From a virus, in the IMG/VR virus record IMGVR_UViG_3300026078_000029, positions 3,042-67,041 of that record: DNA of 64,000 bases, one strand, 5' to 3'. A program made the translations under genes and the position numbers. Of the stretch, positions 28,520 to 38,436 are shown piece after piece. The notes under the pieces were generated by a model that saw nothing but the letters and a program-made list of their open reading frames with translations, did no database searches and had not been told where the DNA came from. Within the stretch, counting starts at the first letter, position 1; the number at the start of each line of letters is the position of its first letter.

Positions 28520-28969
28520 ATGATACCTAATAATCACAAACCAACTGCAACTATCCCAAAACAACCGGATGCTTCGGCCCATCAGCAGGTAATAAGAGAC
28601 GCACATAAAGCAACCAAAGACGCGCGATTGGAGTCACGTTACTACCAGTCGCTTGCAGGGTCATACCAGTTACTTTATAATAAAGACACCGAGGCGTGGA
28701 AAGCAATAACGACAATTGAGGGAATTACTTATGAGTTACTGCAAGAACTAACTGAATATGCTGAAAAAAATGGGTATACAGAACGGGTGAAAAAATCACT
28801 TTCGCGGCTAATGCTTTTTGAAGCTAATATCGGTACACTAAGTAAAATACAATTAGATAATTTCAACTTATCCAACACACTAAGGAATGAACGGATAGAA
28901 AATGGTAAGCTGCGCCAGGAAATAACCGACCTTAACCGAAGATTACAATTACATACCGAAAATATATGA
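28520..28969 (+). CDS. Hypothetical coiled-coil protein
   Basis: Coupled to helicase gene. Confidence 0.55.
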   Translation: MIPNNHKPTATIPKQPDASAHQQVIRDAHKATKDARLESRYYQSLAGSYQLLYNKDTEAWKAITTIEGITYELLQELTEYAEKNGYTERVKKSLSRLMLFEANIGTLSKIQLDNFNLSNTLRNERIENGKLRQEITDLNRRLQLHTENI

Positions 28970-30450
28970 CTGCAATTAAACCAAGGGACTATCAAATTGA
29001 ATTTGTTAACTCAATTATAAAAAAACTTTCAGAGGGGCACACAAGGGTATGTTGCCAGTTGGCAACAGGAGCTGGTAAAACGATCTGTTTTTCTTATCTA
29101 TTACAACGATATCTTTCCCGTTATCCGTCTGCTAAGATTGCTATTTTAGTACACAGGCAGGAGTTGATGATGCAGACCAAGAAAACGCTTTCTATTTTTG
29201 GAATAGAAAATGTATATGTAGAAATGGTCGAGACTTTTAATAATAAACTTAAAAAAGTTCCTGATATATATTTCGATCTTATCATCTTAGATGAAACACA
29301 TATAGGAAATTTCTTTAAGCTAATAGACCATTTCATTGAACGGGAACGCGCAGGACAAAAAGCTACAATTATTCTTGGCTTTTCAGCAACACCAAAATCT
29401 TCAAGTAAAAAACATCCACTAAATGGATACTATCAGGCAATTGTTACAGGGGTGGAAATCAACAAACTAATAGAATTACAACATCTTTCTCCGGCAATAC
29501 ACCACGCACCACCTACGCAATTAAACTCAAAGAATATTAAGGTGACGGCTGGAGAATATAACATGGCCGCAATGGGGATTGAATTTTCTAAGCCCAAATT
29601 AGTAGACGCAGTGGTCGATGCGTACGAAAAATTTTGTAAAGGGAAAAAAACATTGGTATTCAATACAACAATTGAACATTCTAATTTAGTTCATGAGTGC
29701 TTCAAGAATAACGGGTATAATAGCAGGTCGCTTGACAGTAAATCAGTAACTGATGAAGTCCGGAAAGAAACATTTGAATGGTTATCAAATACTCCCAACG
29801 CAATTCTAAATAATGTAGGGATTGCTACAACTGGATTTGATGACCCAACTATCGAGGCTATTATTTTCAATAGAAAGACTAAATCACTTCCGCTTTGGTT
29901 GCAATGTTGTGGACGCGGATCCCGACTATCGCCTCAAACAGGAAAAGAATACTTCATAATAATAGATTTAGGAGATAATATACGCGGGGAAAAATTTGGT
30001 TATTGGAATGAAAAACATGATTGGAAGGGTTATTTTTATAACCCAGACAAACCAGGAGAAGGCGCGCCACCAATGAAAGTATGCCCAAATGAAAAAGTAC
30101 CGACAATCGACACACAAACAGGGAAAGAAATATTAGTACCTTGTGAAGCACTAATTTATATGGCTGCAACGATTTGCCCATATTGTGGTTTTGAAATGCC
30201 GAGGCAAACCGTATATTCGGATATGATAATGGAGCTGGAAATTTTACCCGACACCCCTATTCGTAAAAATTCTCAAACATTTCTCCATAGTCTTATTAAG
30301 CAAATTACAGAACGTATTAAACCACTTCAACTTACCACAAATGAAAAAAAAGAAATGATGTTCTACGCGTTTAAAGAAGCGCATGAAAAAACAGGATTTG
30401 AACCTAAGCAACATATTTTATCACATTTAGTATCAGTTTATGGTAAATAA
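28966..30450 (+). CDS. DEAD/DEAH-type SF2 helicase with C-terminal Zn finger
   Basis: LATGAGKT, DETH, SATP, TGFD, QCCGRGSR; CP..CE/CPYCG. Confidence 0.88.
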   Translation: MTAIKPRDYQIEFVNSIIKKLSEGHTRVCCQLATGAGKTICFSYLLQRYLSRYPSAKIAILVHRQELMMQTKKTLSIFGIENVYVEMVETFNNKLKKVPDIYFDLIILDETHIGNFFKLIDHFIERERAGQKATIILGFSATPKSSSKKHPLNGYYQAIVTGVEINKLIELQHLSPAIHHAPPTQLNSKNIKVTAGEYNMAAMGIEFSKPKLVDAVVDAYEKFCKGKKTLVFNTTIEHSNLVHECFKNNGYNSRSLDSKSVTDEVRKETFEWLSNTPNAILNNVGIATTGFDDPTIEAIIFNRKTKSLPLWLQCCGRGSRLSPQTGKEYFIIIDLGDNIRGEKFGYWNEKHDWKGYFYNPDKPGEGAPPMKVCPNEKVPTIDTQTGKEILVPCEALIYMAATICPYCGFEMPRQTVYSDMIMELEILPDTPIRKNSQTFLHSLIKQITERIKPLQLTTNEKKEMMFYAFKEAHEKTGFEPKQHILSHLVSVYGK

Positions 30451-31861
30451 AATGTCGGTGGCTTACAGAGCCTCCGAAAAACAATTCCCCCATTTTACTT
30501 TATATAGGGCTAAGCAAAATGGCGGATGGGAATTTGACTTTGTGAAGTTAACTGCCTTCTTCACTTCACGTGGATATTTCATTTACAGAACTTCTATTGA
30601 CCGGTTTATACCTATACGCATAATAGACAATATCGTAAAGCAGGTAGGTAAAAAAGAACTGAAGGACGAAATACTAAATTTTCTCATCCTAGTTGATGAC
30701 TGCCCTGAATATATTCATCAGTTTGCGCTTAAAGATATTTCAAAAGCTGTATCTGATGATTTTCTTGAAACACTGCCAGCAAAACAGGTAGAATTCAGGA
30801 AAGACAGGAAAGACGCTATGCAGCTTTACTATCAGAATTGTATAGTCAAAATAACAAAAAATAAGATTACTACACATCCTTACACTGAATTGGATGGGTA
30901 TATATGGGAAAGTCAAATTTTACCCCGTGTCTACAATACATCTGTAAACCCAGATCAAATTGAGTCTGATTTTAAAAAATTCGTTTTTAATATATCTAAC
31001 AAGGATAATAATAGGTATAAATCTATTTGTTCTGTTTTAGGATTTTTAATACATAATTACAAATCCCCTGCATACTGCCCAGCAATTATTTTAAATGACG
31101 AAGTTATTTCAAGTAACCCGGAGGGAGGGACAGGAAAAGGCTTATTAATAAAGGCGGTAGAGCAATTCTTAACAACCATTACAATAGAAGGGAAAACATT
31201 TAGCTTCGATAAAAATTTCGTTTACCAATCCGTAAATGCAGATACAAAATTAATAGCCTTCCAAGATGTGAATAAATCATTTGACTTTGAACGTTTATTT
31301 GCCGTATTGACAGATGGAATTAATATTGAAAAAAAAGGGAAGGATGCCATACATTATACATTCCAAGATACTCCAAAAATAGTTATAACAACTAACTACG
31401 CAATTAAAGGCGCGGGGAACTCACATGAACGCAGACGGTTTGAATTGGAAATTTCACAGCACTATAACAGACAAAGAACGCCATTGGACGATTTTAAAAA
31501 AATGATGTTCGTGGAATGGTCGCAAAATGACTACGAGTCATTTGACGCATTTATAGTCGATTGCTGCCAATTTTATTTAAAGGCAGGGTTAGTATCCCAA
31601 ACACTAATAAACTTGCCTGAGAAGCGATTAATTGCAGAAACAAACATAGATTTTATAAAGTTCATGACTGATTTTGATTTTAGAACAATAGCTCGGGCAG
31701 AATTATACCGATCGTTTACTGAGCAATTCGATGAATATCTTAGTAATAAATATTTTACTAAGCAATTATTCTCAAAATGGGTTAATGTATATGCTGAAAG
31801 CAAGGGTTATTCGGTTGAAGATTATATATACCAGTCCGTACGGCACTATAAGTTTACGTAA
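30440..31861 (+). CDS. SF3/primase-associated P-loop replicative helicase lacking an obvious primase domain
   Basis: EGGTGKG Walker A, FQD Walker B, ITTN sensor, SHERR; immediately upstream of iterons. Confidence 0.75.
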   Translation: MVNKMSVAYRASEKQFPHFTLYRAKQNGGWEFDFVKLTAFFTSRGYFIYRTSIDRFIPIRIIDNIVKQVGKKELKDEILNFLILVDDCPEYIHQFALKDISKAVSDDFLETLPAKQVEFRKDRKDAMQLYYQNCIVKITKNKITTHPYTELDGYIWESQILPRVYNTSVNPDQIESDFKKFVFNISNKDNNRYKSICSVLGFLIHNYKSPAYCPAIILNDEVISSNPEGGTGKGLLIKAVEQFLTTITIEGKTFSFDKNFVYQSVNADTKLIAFQDVNKSFDFERLFAVLTDGINIEKKGKDAIHYTFQDTPKIVITTNYAIKGAGNSHERRRFELEISQHYNRQRTPLDDFKKMMFVEWSQNDYESFDAFIVDCCQFYLKAGLVSQTLINLPEKRLIAETNIDFIKFMTDFDFRTIARAELYRSFTEQFDEYLSNKYFTKQLFSKWVNVYAESKGYSVEDYIYQSVRHYKFT

Positions 31862-32159
31862 TTACAAAGTTTGTAACCAAATTACAAACTAATTACAAAA
31901 AAATTACAAAGTTTAAAAGTGTAAACACTTGCAAATCAAATAATTAACACCAAAATTACAGAAATTACAAAGCTTTACCCTATATATATACCAATTATAT
32001 CACGTACGTAAAATATATAAAAAGTTTGTAATGTTTGTAACAAAGTGCCATAACTCATTGGAAATGCACTTTTGAAATTACAAAGTTTGATAAAAATTAC
32101 AAAGTTGCCTTAAAAAGGGGCAAAAAATTACAAAGTTTACCCCCAAAATTACAAAGTTT
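31860..32159. repeat. Iteron array, putative replication origin
   Basis: About 10 direct copies of AATTACAAA(GT) plus inverted TTTGTAA copies around a central AT-rich TATATATA segment. Confidence 0.8.
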
Positions 32160-32552
32160 ATGAACCGAAAAGAGGAAATATTACATCAACAGGTTGCTGA
32201 AGCATGGAGAAACTCACATCTTCCTTCCAATCCAGACCCAAACGCATATCGTAACCACCAACGACTTATATGCAACTGGGCTAACAGCGAAACAGGACGA
32301 TCTGGGAATAAGGCTCGTAGCATGGGGGTAAAAAAAGGAATAGCTGATTGGTTATATATGCGAGAGAATGGAGGTGTTATTTGGATAGAATTAAAAACGG
32401 ATACAGGAAACCAATCAAAAGAACAGAAACTTTTCGAAACGCTATGCAAATCTTTAGGTCACGAATACCATATTTGCAGGGATTATTATCACTTTTGGGA
32501 TATAATAGGAGTAGAGCCTCCATTTAAACTTAATGAATTACTAACAAAGTGA
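32160..32552 (+). CDS. VRR-NUC nuclease
   Basis: MGVKKGIADW...WIELKT..G.QS.EQK.F. Confidence 0.85.
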   Translation: MNRKEEILHQQVAEAWRNSHLPSNPDPNAYRNHQRLICNWANSETGRSGNKARSMGVKKGIADWLYMRENGGVIWIELKTDTGNQSKEQKLFETLCKSLGHEYHICRDYYHFWDIIGVEPPFKLNELLTK

Positions 32553-32848
32553 TTATGATGTTTATTTTAATTATCCCGATAAGAGGGCGTTAAAAAGATT
32601 TAGCTACTTGGTTTACTATGTAAAAAGTACTTTTTTATACAAAGTGCAAGGTAGATAACCTCACTTTTACCCTTATAAACACACAAAAAGTATTGTTTTC
32701 GCAAGGTTTTTTCCCACTTTTAACTAAAAGTAGCCAAAAACAAGTGTGTTTTTCCCACTTAGCTTAAAAACGTGGGATAGGGCAGAAAAGTTTAGGAAAC
32801 GCAGCGGGTTAGTGCGTCTGGATCACCCAAACCGCTACCATCCAGGCA

Positions 32849-32875
32849 TAAAAAAAGCCCGCGTTAGGCGAGCTT
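32849..32875 (-). terminator. Terminator of the leftward early operon
   Basis: AAGCTCGC..GCGGGCTTTTTT on minus strand. Confidence 0.55.
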
Positions 32876-32878
32876 GTG

Positions 32879-32894
32879 TGTTCCATGTGGAACA
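32879..32894. promoter_or_regulatory. parS-like palindrome
   Basis: TGTTCCATGTGGAACA, one mismatch from the parS palindrome TGTTCCACGTGGAACA. Confidence 0.65.
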
Positions 32895-32910
32895 AATGTC
32901 AGAGTGACGG

Positions 32911-33108
32911 TTAATTCGTGTCTTCCGTTCTTAAGTCGTTCAAGATTGTCAAACTAAAACTATAATCACCAACAACTTGACGTTTACCAAGCGCCGTGTA
33001 TACCTCGGGTTCGTTTAGACCTAAGGCTTTAGCGGCTTCAGATGTTGTATTGTACTTGGTTGTTAGTTTAGTTTTCCAGTTATAAGTTAATATTATTTGT
33101 GTTTTCAT
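32911..33108 (-). CDS. Small HTH (NUMOD1-like) protein
   Basis: YNTTSEAAKALGL; preceded by TATATTTG. Confidence 0.5.
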   Translation of the reverse strand: MKTQIILTYNWKTKLTTKYNTTSEAAKALGLNEPEVYTALGKRQVVGDYSFSLTILNDLRTEDTN

Positions 33109-33281
33109 ATCGTTTAGTTCAAATATATGTAATGAACCGTATCAAGGTATCTCCACATTTGATACCTGTACCGGGTGTTGTTTGAGTAGTGGGTGAGGAT
33201 GTACATATCTACAATGTGCTAAGTAATCCCAAAATAATCATTATGACTATTATGGTTAGGGTGGTGTGTTGGTCTTTCATC

Positions 33282-33539
33282 TCACTTCGTTTTTTGGTTG
33301 AGGGCTTCAATGAGGGCGTCAGCTTGGTTGATTGCCAATTTAGCCAAGTCGTTCGGATGTCGAGTTAGGCCGCCATTTTCGGTTTGAGCACCCATCTGTA
33401 ACATGCCTTGCATAGCCATAGCTGCAAAGTATTCGCGCTTAGTGAGGCCTGGTATTTTAATATCAATTTCACGCCAATCATTGGGGATTTCTTGCGTTAC
33501 AACTGATGGGTGTATTGAATGATCGCCTTCCGTTTTCAT
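33282..33539 (-). CDS. Conserved phage protein (GLTKREYFAAMAMQG family)
   Basis: GLTKREYFAAMAMQG...ADALIEAL motif. Confidence 0.7.
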   Translation of the reverse strand: MKTEGDHSIHPSVVTQEIPNDWREIDIKIPGLTKREYFAAMAMQGMLQMGAQTENGGLTRHPNDLAKLAINQADALIEALNQKTK

Positions 33540-34366
33540 CTTTTGTGGTTTAAAGGGTTTTAAATTTGTTACTGGCTTCCATCTTAACCATAGCCTCTAA
33601 GATACGAATCCCGATCCGTGTATACCTGTATGCTACGTCATACATCTCAAGATTCCAATACTCATCATGGTGGTAGTTCGCCGTGTCGAGCATACGCTTC
33701 AGGTCTGAGTAAGTGAGCTTCCGGCAGCGGTGGTTACGTTCCATAGACTTCGCCAGTGCTTGGACTCCGGCAATTGTGCCGTTCCACCCTTCGCGGACTG
33801 ATTTTGTGGGGGTGATTTTCATAGCGTAGCCTCCTTGTATGCCTGGTCACAGTCATAGAAACCCACTAAGCCGTTTATATTTTCGTCACCGGCTGCTATA
33901 TCATAAGGATGGCGCTTGGTATGAATTTTAAAGTAATAGGCATCTTGATAGTGTTTTACATAAGTGCCTTTTGTACCCATTGTATCAAGCAGATACATTT
34001 TACCGGGCGTGTGCGGATCGTTTGCTTTCATTGGTTTATCAGGTTTAAATATTCGGTTTTGGTTAAATAATCTTGTGCGTATTCGCGCCCGTCCTGTGTG
34101 TATTGTACACTGGTTAGTCCGCGTTCGTCGGTAATTTGGCGCAGGATATGGACTTTGTGTGAGCTTATACAGTTAGCTGTAAAGCATAGGGCGGCGATCA
34201 GTGTTAGTGTTTTCATGGCTATCTAAGGTTAGCTATTGATAAAACAATAATCAGTGCCGGGGTTGCAATGGTTAGGAATACAATTGCCTTGTCTCTGTTA
34301 GCGCCTTCACCCTGAGCGATAACGGCACGGAATGCGGTTTTTAAAGTGTTCATGGTCATTAATTTT

Positions 34367-34457
34367 AATTGAGAAACATCTCTCACCACCAAATCCCCGC
34401 CGTTGTTTCAGGGCGAGGCTGGCGGTTGCTACTGGGGAATGACCAGTAACCCGGTAG
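34367..34457 (-). ncRNA. Structured intergenic RNA (c4/P4-CI-like candidate)
   Basis: Minus-strand hairpins TACTGG-TCATTCC-CCAGTA and ACCGCCAG-CCTCGCC/GGCGGGG-TTGGTGGT, several G-U pairs. Confidence 0.5.
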
Positions 34458-35293
34458 TTAGTTTTTAGGATATAATTCCTTAAATTTGGTTGTGGTTTTT
34501 ACATGATCTAATCCGCAATCAATATGTAATTTAGCGTATCTTACAGAACCGACCATACTTAAACAAACTCCATCTTTCACAATATCATATTGTGAACTTG
34601 AATATCTGTAAATCTCATACCCGTTATATTGAATTGGCGTTTCATCGCGTGGAGTTATAAACTCATGGATATACGGATTGTTACGGTGTTGCTCAGGCTT
34701 GTAAAAGCTATTTTTGTAGGTTTTCATGTTTTTGGTCATTATTAAAATAGGTGGTGAAATTGGGTTAGTTATATTTCTCTGTTTTCATATGAATAGCCGC
34801 GATAAAATTCAACATAGCTTAAGTCTTTAGTATAAGCCACACGCAATGGTTTAGAACCAATACCCCAATAAACACCGCCTTTATCGTATGCAGCATCCGA
34901 CATTGGTACAAAGCAATCAAAAATAGCTATTTGGTTAGCTTTAACTATTTTACAATTACGGCCTGATGTTATTGTAGTTGGGCGTTCGCCTATATTATTA
35001 CGTCCCATTGGCGCCCCATAGGTACAATTTACTTTGGTAATGATTTTTGATAAAGTTGATTGAGTTTTCATACTGGTCATTATTTAATATTTGTTTTACG
35101 TTATACAAGTTTATTAACTGTACCTATTTGACGATATTTTTTGTCATTCAAAACACTAATTTGCTCACATATTTCAAATATTAAATGAGCTTTTTTGAAT
35201 TGCATGTAATTCTCTGTCTTTTCGATAATTTTTAGAGCTTTCTCTAAATCTTTAATATCCTTATCAATCGATTGTAAGTTCATGGTCTTTACG

Positions 35294-35452
35294 TTATTGG
35301 TTATTTAATTGTTTCAGTTGTTTTTCCAACTCTACCTGGCGCTTTACAAAAGTCGCCAGTGATCCGTGTTGTTTAAGGATGTAGCTGTAACACTTGTCGG
35401 ATAGTCTGACAGTCCTAACCTTTGCTACATCGTCGTCGTTTAGTTTTCTCAT
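35294..35452 (-). CDS. Ribbon-helix-helix-like regulator (52 aa); absent from ORF track
   Basis: KVRTVRLSDKCYSYILKQHGSLATFVKRQVE strand-helix-helix pattern, translated by hand. Confidence 0.5.
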   Translation of the reverse strand: MRKLNDDDVAKVRTVRLSDKCYSYILKQHGSLATFVKRQVELEKQLKQLNNQ

Positions 35453-36491
35453 ATAAATTTATGGGTTGTTGATTAATTATACGTCATAAGCTACACGTAA
35501 TTTTACTGTAACTCTATTATGTTTATATTCAAATTCAAAATATCGGCCGCATACACGACCTGTACAGTCATAATCCGAATAGATAGGTATTCCACCACTA
35601 TTTGCGCGACAAAAACGATATAATATCTTATAACGTGCTTTTGTTATTCTACCGCTAAATGAGCGGCAAAATACAGCTTCGTCATAGTCGCCACCGTTGG
35701 GCTTAAACCGATTGTAGTTGATGTTACTTGGTTGATCTGGGTCATTGTGGTATGTTCTCATGTTTTTAAGTTTTAAGCTGCCTTAACACGTTACGATCAT
35801 GTTTCTTAGATAACCATATCAAAGGCAAACAATACAGCATTAGTATTATGCTTAGCACTAATAAATCAAAGAACCTTTCTAAGTACATCCTAACTCGAAC
35901 GCTATCACAGCGGCTAATAGTTCGCTTAACTAATCAAATCCTTGCGATCTGATATAACAAAGGTAATACGTATTACGATATAATCCAAATTTATTTGATT
36001 TTTGTCGCTAATTAGTTTGTAAGGTGAGTTTGCGACACTAACACATATACGCGCGTAGGATCCAATAGGGCAGGAGGGAGGTTTTAGTATTACTAAACAA
36101 AATTTACTTAACATAATGATATTTATGAGACGTATTATTGCCGGTTTAGGTTATAACGTGGCGTTATACTGCATTCCGTTCTCCCATACATACGCGCGCG
36201 CGTTTCCTTTTCACTCCTTCCTTCACGCGCGTTCCTGCTGCGTTTTCAAAACAGTTGTTCGGGTTTCAGCAGAATCATTTTAGTTTTTCCAGGTAAGAGG
36301 AGTTTCGTTTTGGAATTTATAGCCTACCCCGGCTTTTACTTTTCAATCTATCTTCGCACCGCACCCCCTCAAATCACGGGCGGTTATCTCCACGCCCCAT
36401 ACCCACACATTTTTTTTCTACACCCCACCCCACAAAATTTTATTTGGAAATGTGCGTACCAATCGCGTAACTTTATAGGAAAAGCAGTCCG

Positions 36492-36659
36492 ATGCCCCAA
36501 AACGAAGTCATAATTGAGTTACAGAACGAGCGAACCTACCTCACCTTTGTTCGAGAAGGCGTCAAATTGTACGGCCTTAGTTGCTCCACCGACGACATTC
36601 AGAAGATGATTGAGCAGCATATCAGGTCGCACGTCAATAGCGAGGGGGTGTTGAAGTGA
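36492..36659 (+). CDS. Hypothetical protein (55 aa)
   Basis: Translated by hand; GTGA overlap with next gene. Confidence 0.45.
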   Translation: MPQNEVIIELQNERTYLTFVREGVKLYGLSCSTDDIQKMIEQHIRSHVNSEGVLK

Positions 36660-36982
36660 CGATCACCGCCCAAATAGCCTACATCAAATCACATCCGTTC
36701 TATAGGCTGGCGCTCGCAGACGAGGCGGCTATGGAGTTGTTACTATTCGAGGTTATGTTTCACACCTACACTGTTGCAAGTGGAAACTGCGCTCGCGCTT
36801 ACAGGCAGGCTCGCCGGATGAATGGCCCTCAAATCGTTGAAGCGATACGGGATTGTGCGCCGCCAGCTAACCTTGACCTGCGGTTGCCGATACCGGAGCC
36901 TGAGTGTGTCGTTGTGTCAATTAAAAATGCCGCCAGTATTTCAGTGGCAGCTCAGGGGGAGTTAGGGGAGTTAGAAGGCTAA
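36656..36982 (+). CDS. Hypothetical protein
   Basis: Coupled ORF. Confidence 0.45.
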   Translation: MTITAQIAYIKSHPFYRLALADEAAMELLLFEVMFHTYTVASGNCARAYRQARRMNGPQIVEAIRDCAPPANLDLRLPIPEPECVVVSIKNAASISVAAQGELGELEG

Positions 36983-37263
36983 GTCGCTGAAATTACGGAA
37001 GCTGTCGCCTCAGACACTAAAATAGTTCCGGTAAATCGTTGATTCTTATTGAACCATTGAATATTCACGGAGGTTAATGCCGGAGGGAACGCCGCTATTT
37101 GCGCTGCCGTTGCCGCTGATATACCCTGTATAGCTCGGTTACTCAGCCCAAATATAGGGCATGGTGACGTTGCTGTGGGTAATGTTCCAGGAAATGTTTG
37201 ATCCTGTGTGCCAACCGCCATCCCGTTGAAGGATAGAAGGTGAACTGATTGTACTACTGCCAT
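36979..37263 (-). CDS. Small Ala/Thr-rich protein, possible capsid decoration
   Basis: MAVVQ start and composition of structural proteins; own TACTTTTA box. Confidence 0.4.
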   Translation of the reverse strand: MAVVQSVHLLSFNGMAVGTQDQTFPGTLPTATSPCPIFGLSNRAIQGISAATAAQIAAFPPALTSVNIQWFNKNQRFTGTILVSEATASVISAT

Positions 37264-37322
37264 CTTATTTCAGATTTATCTGCGATAAAAGTAATAAATT
37301 TGGTAATGTGGTTTTTGAATTG

Positions 37323-37461
37323 TAGATTTACGTCAGCAATATGTTATTAGTGAAAATCAGTAAGACATTTAAATTATTCGCCCGGACTACCAGCACTTGT
37401 GATTTTCATGACATATTGCTTTATATCTTGTATTCTAATTGCTGCCGGGCGATATTTTTTT
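37323..37461 (+). promoter_or_regulatory. Promoter plus leader RNA C
   Basis: AGCAATATGT and TGAAAATCA pair with ACATATTGCT and TGATTTTCA inside the TCGCCCGG/CCGGGCGA stem plus T tract. Confidence 0.6.
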
Positions 37462-37465
37462 AATT

Positions 37466-37735
37466 ATGAGCATCATTTCACTAACACCAGAACAGCACGA
37501 GCTTCTTGTCAAAGGAGGTATGGAGCGTTTTTTTTCGCCTATGTCCACTGAAGATATGTACGAAATAATTCCGTTACATGCGCAGGAGGGCGGGGACGAC
37601 ATGGATATGTACTGTTATGAGCGAGAAGAAAGAGAGAAATGTTTGGATATAGCCTGCAATGTTCCGGTTAAAAGTTTGGACGAGTTATTTTCTAACGCTG
37701 AAAAGATTCGGGTGTGGTTGGAGGGTGGTATCTAA
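37466..37735 (+). CDS. Hypothetical protein
   Basis: First ORF after leader C. Confidence 0.5.
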   Translation: MSIISLTPEQHELLVKGGMERFFSPMSTEDMYEIIPLHAQEGGDDMDMYCYEREEREKCLDIACNVPVKSLDELFSNAEKIRVWLEGGI

Positions 37736-38436
37736 TGTGTGCGCTCCTGAGTATGTGCGCCTATTGCACCCCCGAAAATGGTAAAGAAAAGTACCTGATA
37801 CAGACGTTAGAATCGTTACGCGCTACCGTCAACTTTGATAAACATCGCCTAATTGTCATCAATAACGGTATGGATGTTCCATGTCTGCACCAAAACTGGT
37901 TCACACTATTGGAGTCCGACACGAACTTAGGGACAGCAGAAGGCATAAACAGGGGGCTTATACTTCGTGAGTATGGCGAGCCATTTGTAAAATGCGACGA
38001 TGATTGGACGACGGAACACGTAGGGTGGGTTGATGATATGGTTCGAGTGCTATGCGAGCATTCTGGGATTGGTATACTTGGCCTAAAGCGTGACGATGTG
38101 TACGGCGAGTTAATTGAGGATGGGGAATTGCTTTGGAACTCGGACATAATGGGGACTTGCACAATGTTTCAGCCGGAGATGTTGGAGAAAGTTGGCTACA
38201 TGTGGAGTCCTGGGGTATATGGATATGATGACGTCACGATGTCAGTGAGGTCTGAGTGCGCAGGGTTTAAGAACGCCTTCATGAAAAACATACGCATAAC
38301 TAACCTTGACGAGGGTGGAACTTTGTTCACGGAGTGGAAGAAAAGAGAGGCCAGCGAGCATATGAATGAGGTATCTATAGTGTGTGATAAGTATAGGGAC
38401 GGAACGTTGGGTGTTTATTATAATCCGTTTGAGTGA
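37735..38436 (+). CDS. GT-A (GT2-like) glycosyltransferase
   Basis: IVINNG, NLGTAEGINRG, KCDDD, GYDDV motifs. Confidence 0.8.
   Translation: MCALLSMCAYCTPENGKEKYLIQTLESLRATVNFDKHRLIVINNGMDVPCLHQNWFTLLESDTNLGTAEGINRGLILREYGEPFVKCDDDWTTEHVGWVDDMVRVLCEHSGIGILGLKRDDVYGELIEDGELLWNSDIMGTCTMFQPEMLEKVGYMWSPGVYGYDDVTMSVRSECAGFKNAFMKNIRITNLDEGGTLFTEWKKREASEHMNEVSIVCDKYRDGTLGVYYNPFE

Larger units (their letters stand above)
33550..35761 (-). other. Leftward array of small putative early genes (33550-33822, 33819-34031, 34028-34216, 34219-34353, 34458-34727, 34769-35071, 35101-35283, 35477-35761)
   Basis: Co-oriented short ORFs with ATGAAA starts; 34769 ORF has YGAPMGR...YDKGGVYWG motif; TACCTTTG promoter near 35960 (minus). 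Confidence 0.6.

Noticed and set aside
31860-32159. CRISPR-like repeat array
   Set aside because: Repeats are only 9-11 nt, irregularly spaced and in both orientations, with no cas genes; fits iterons
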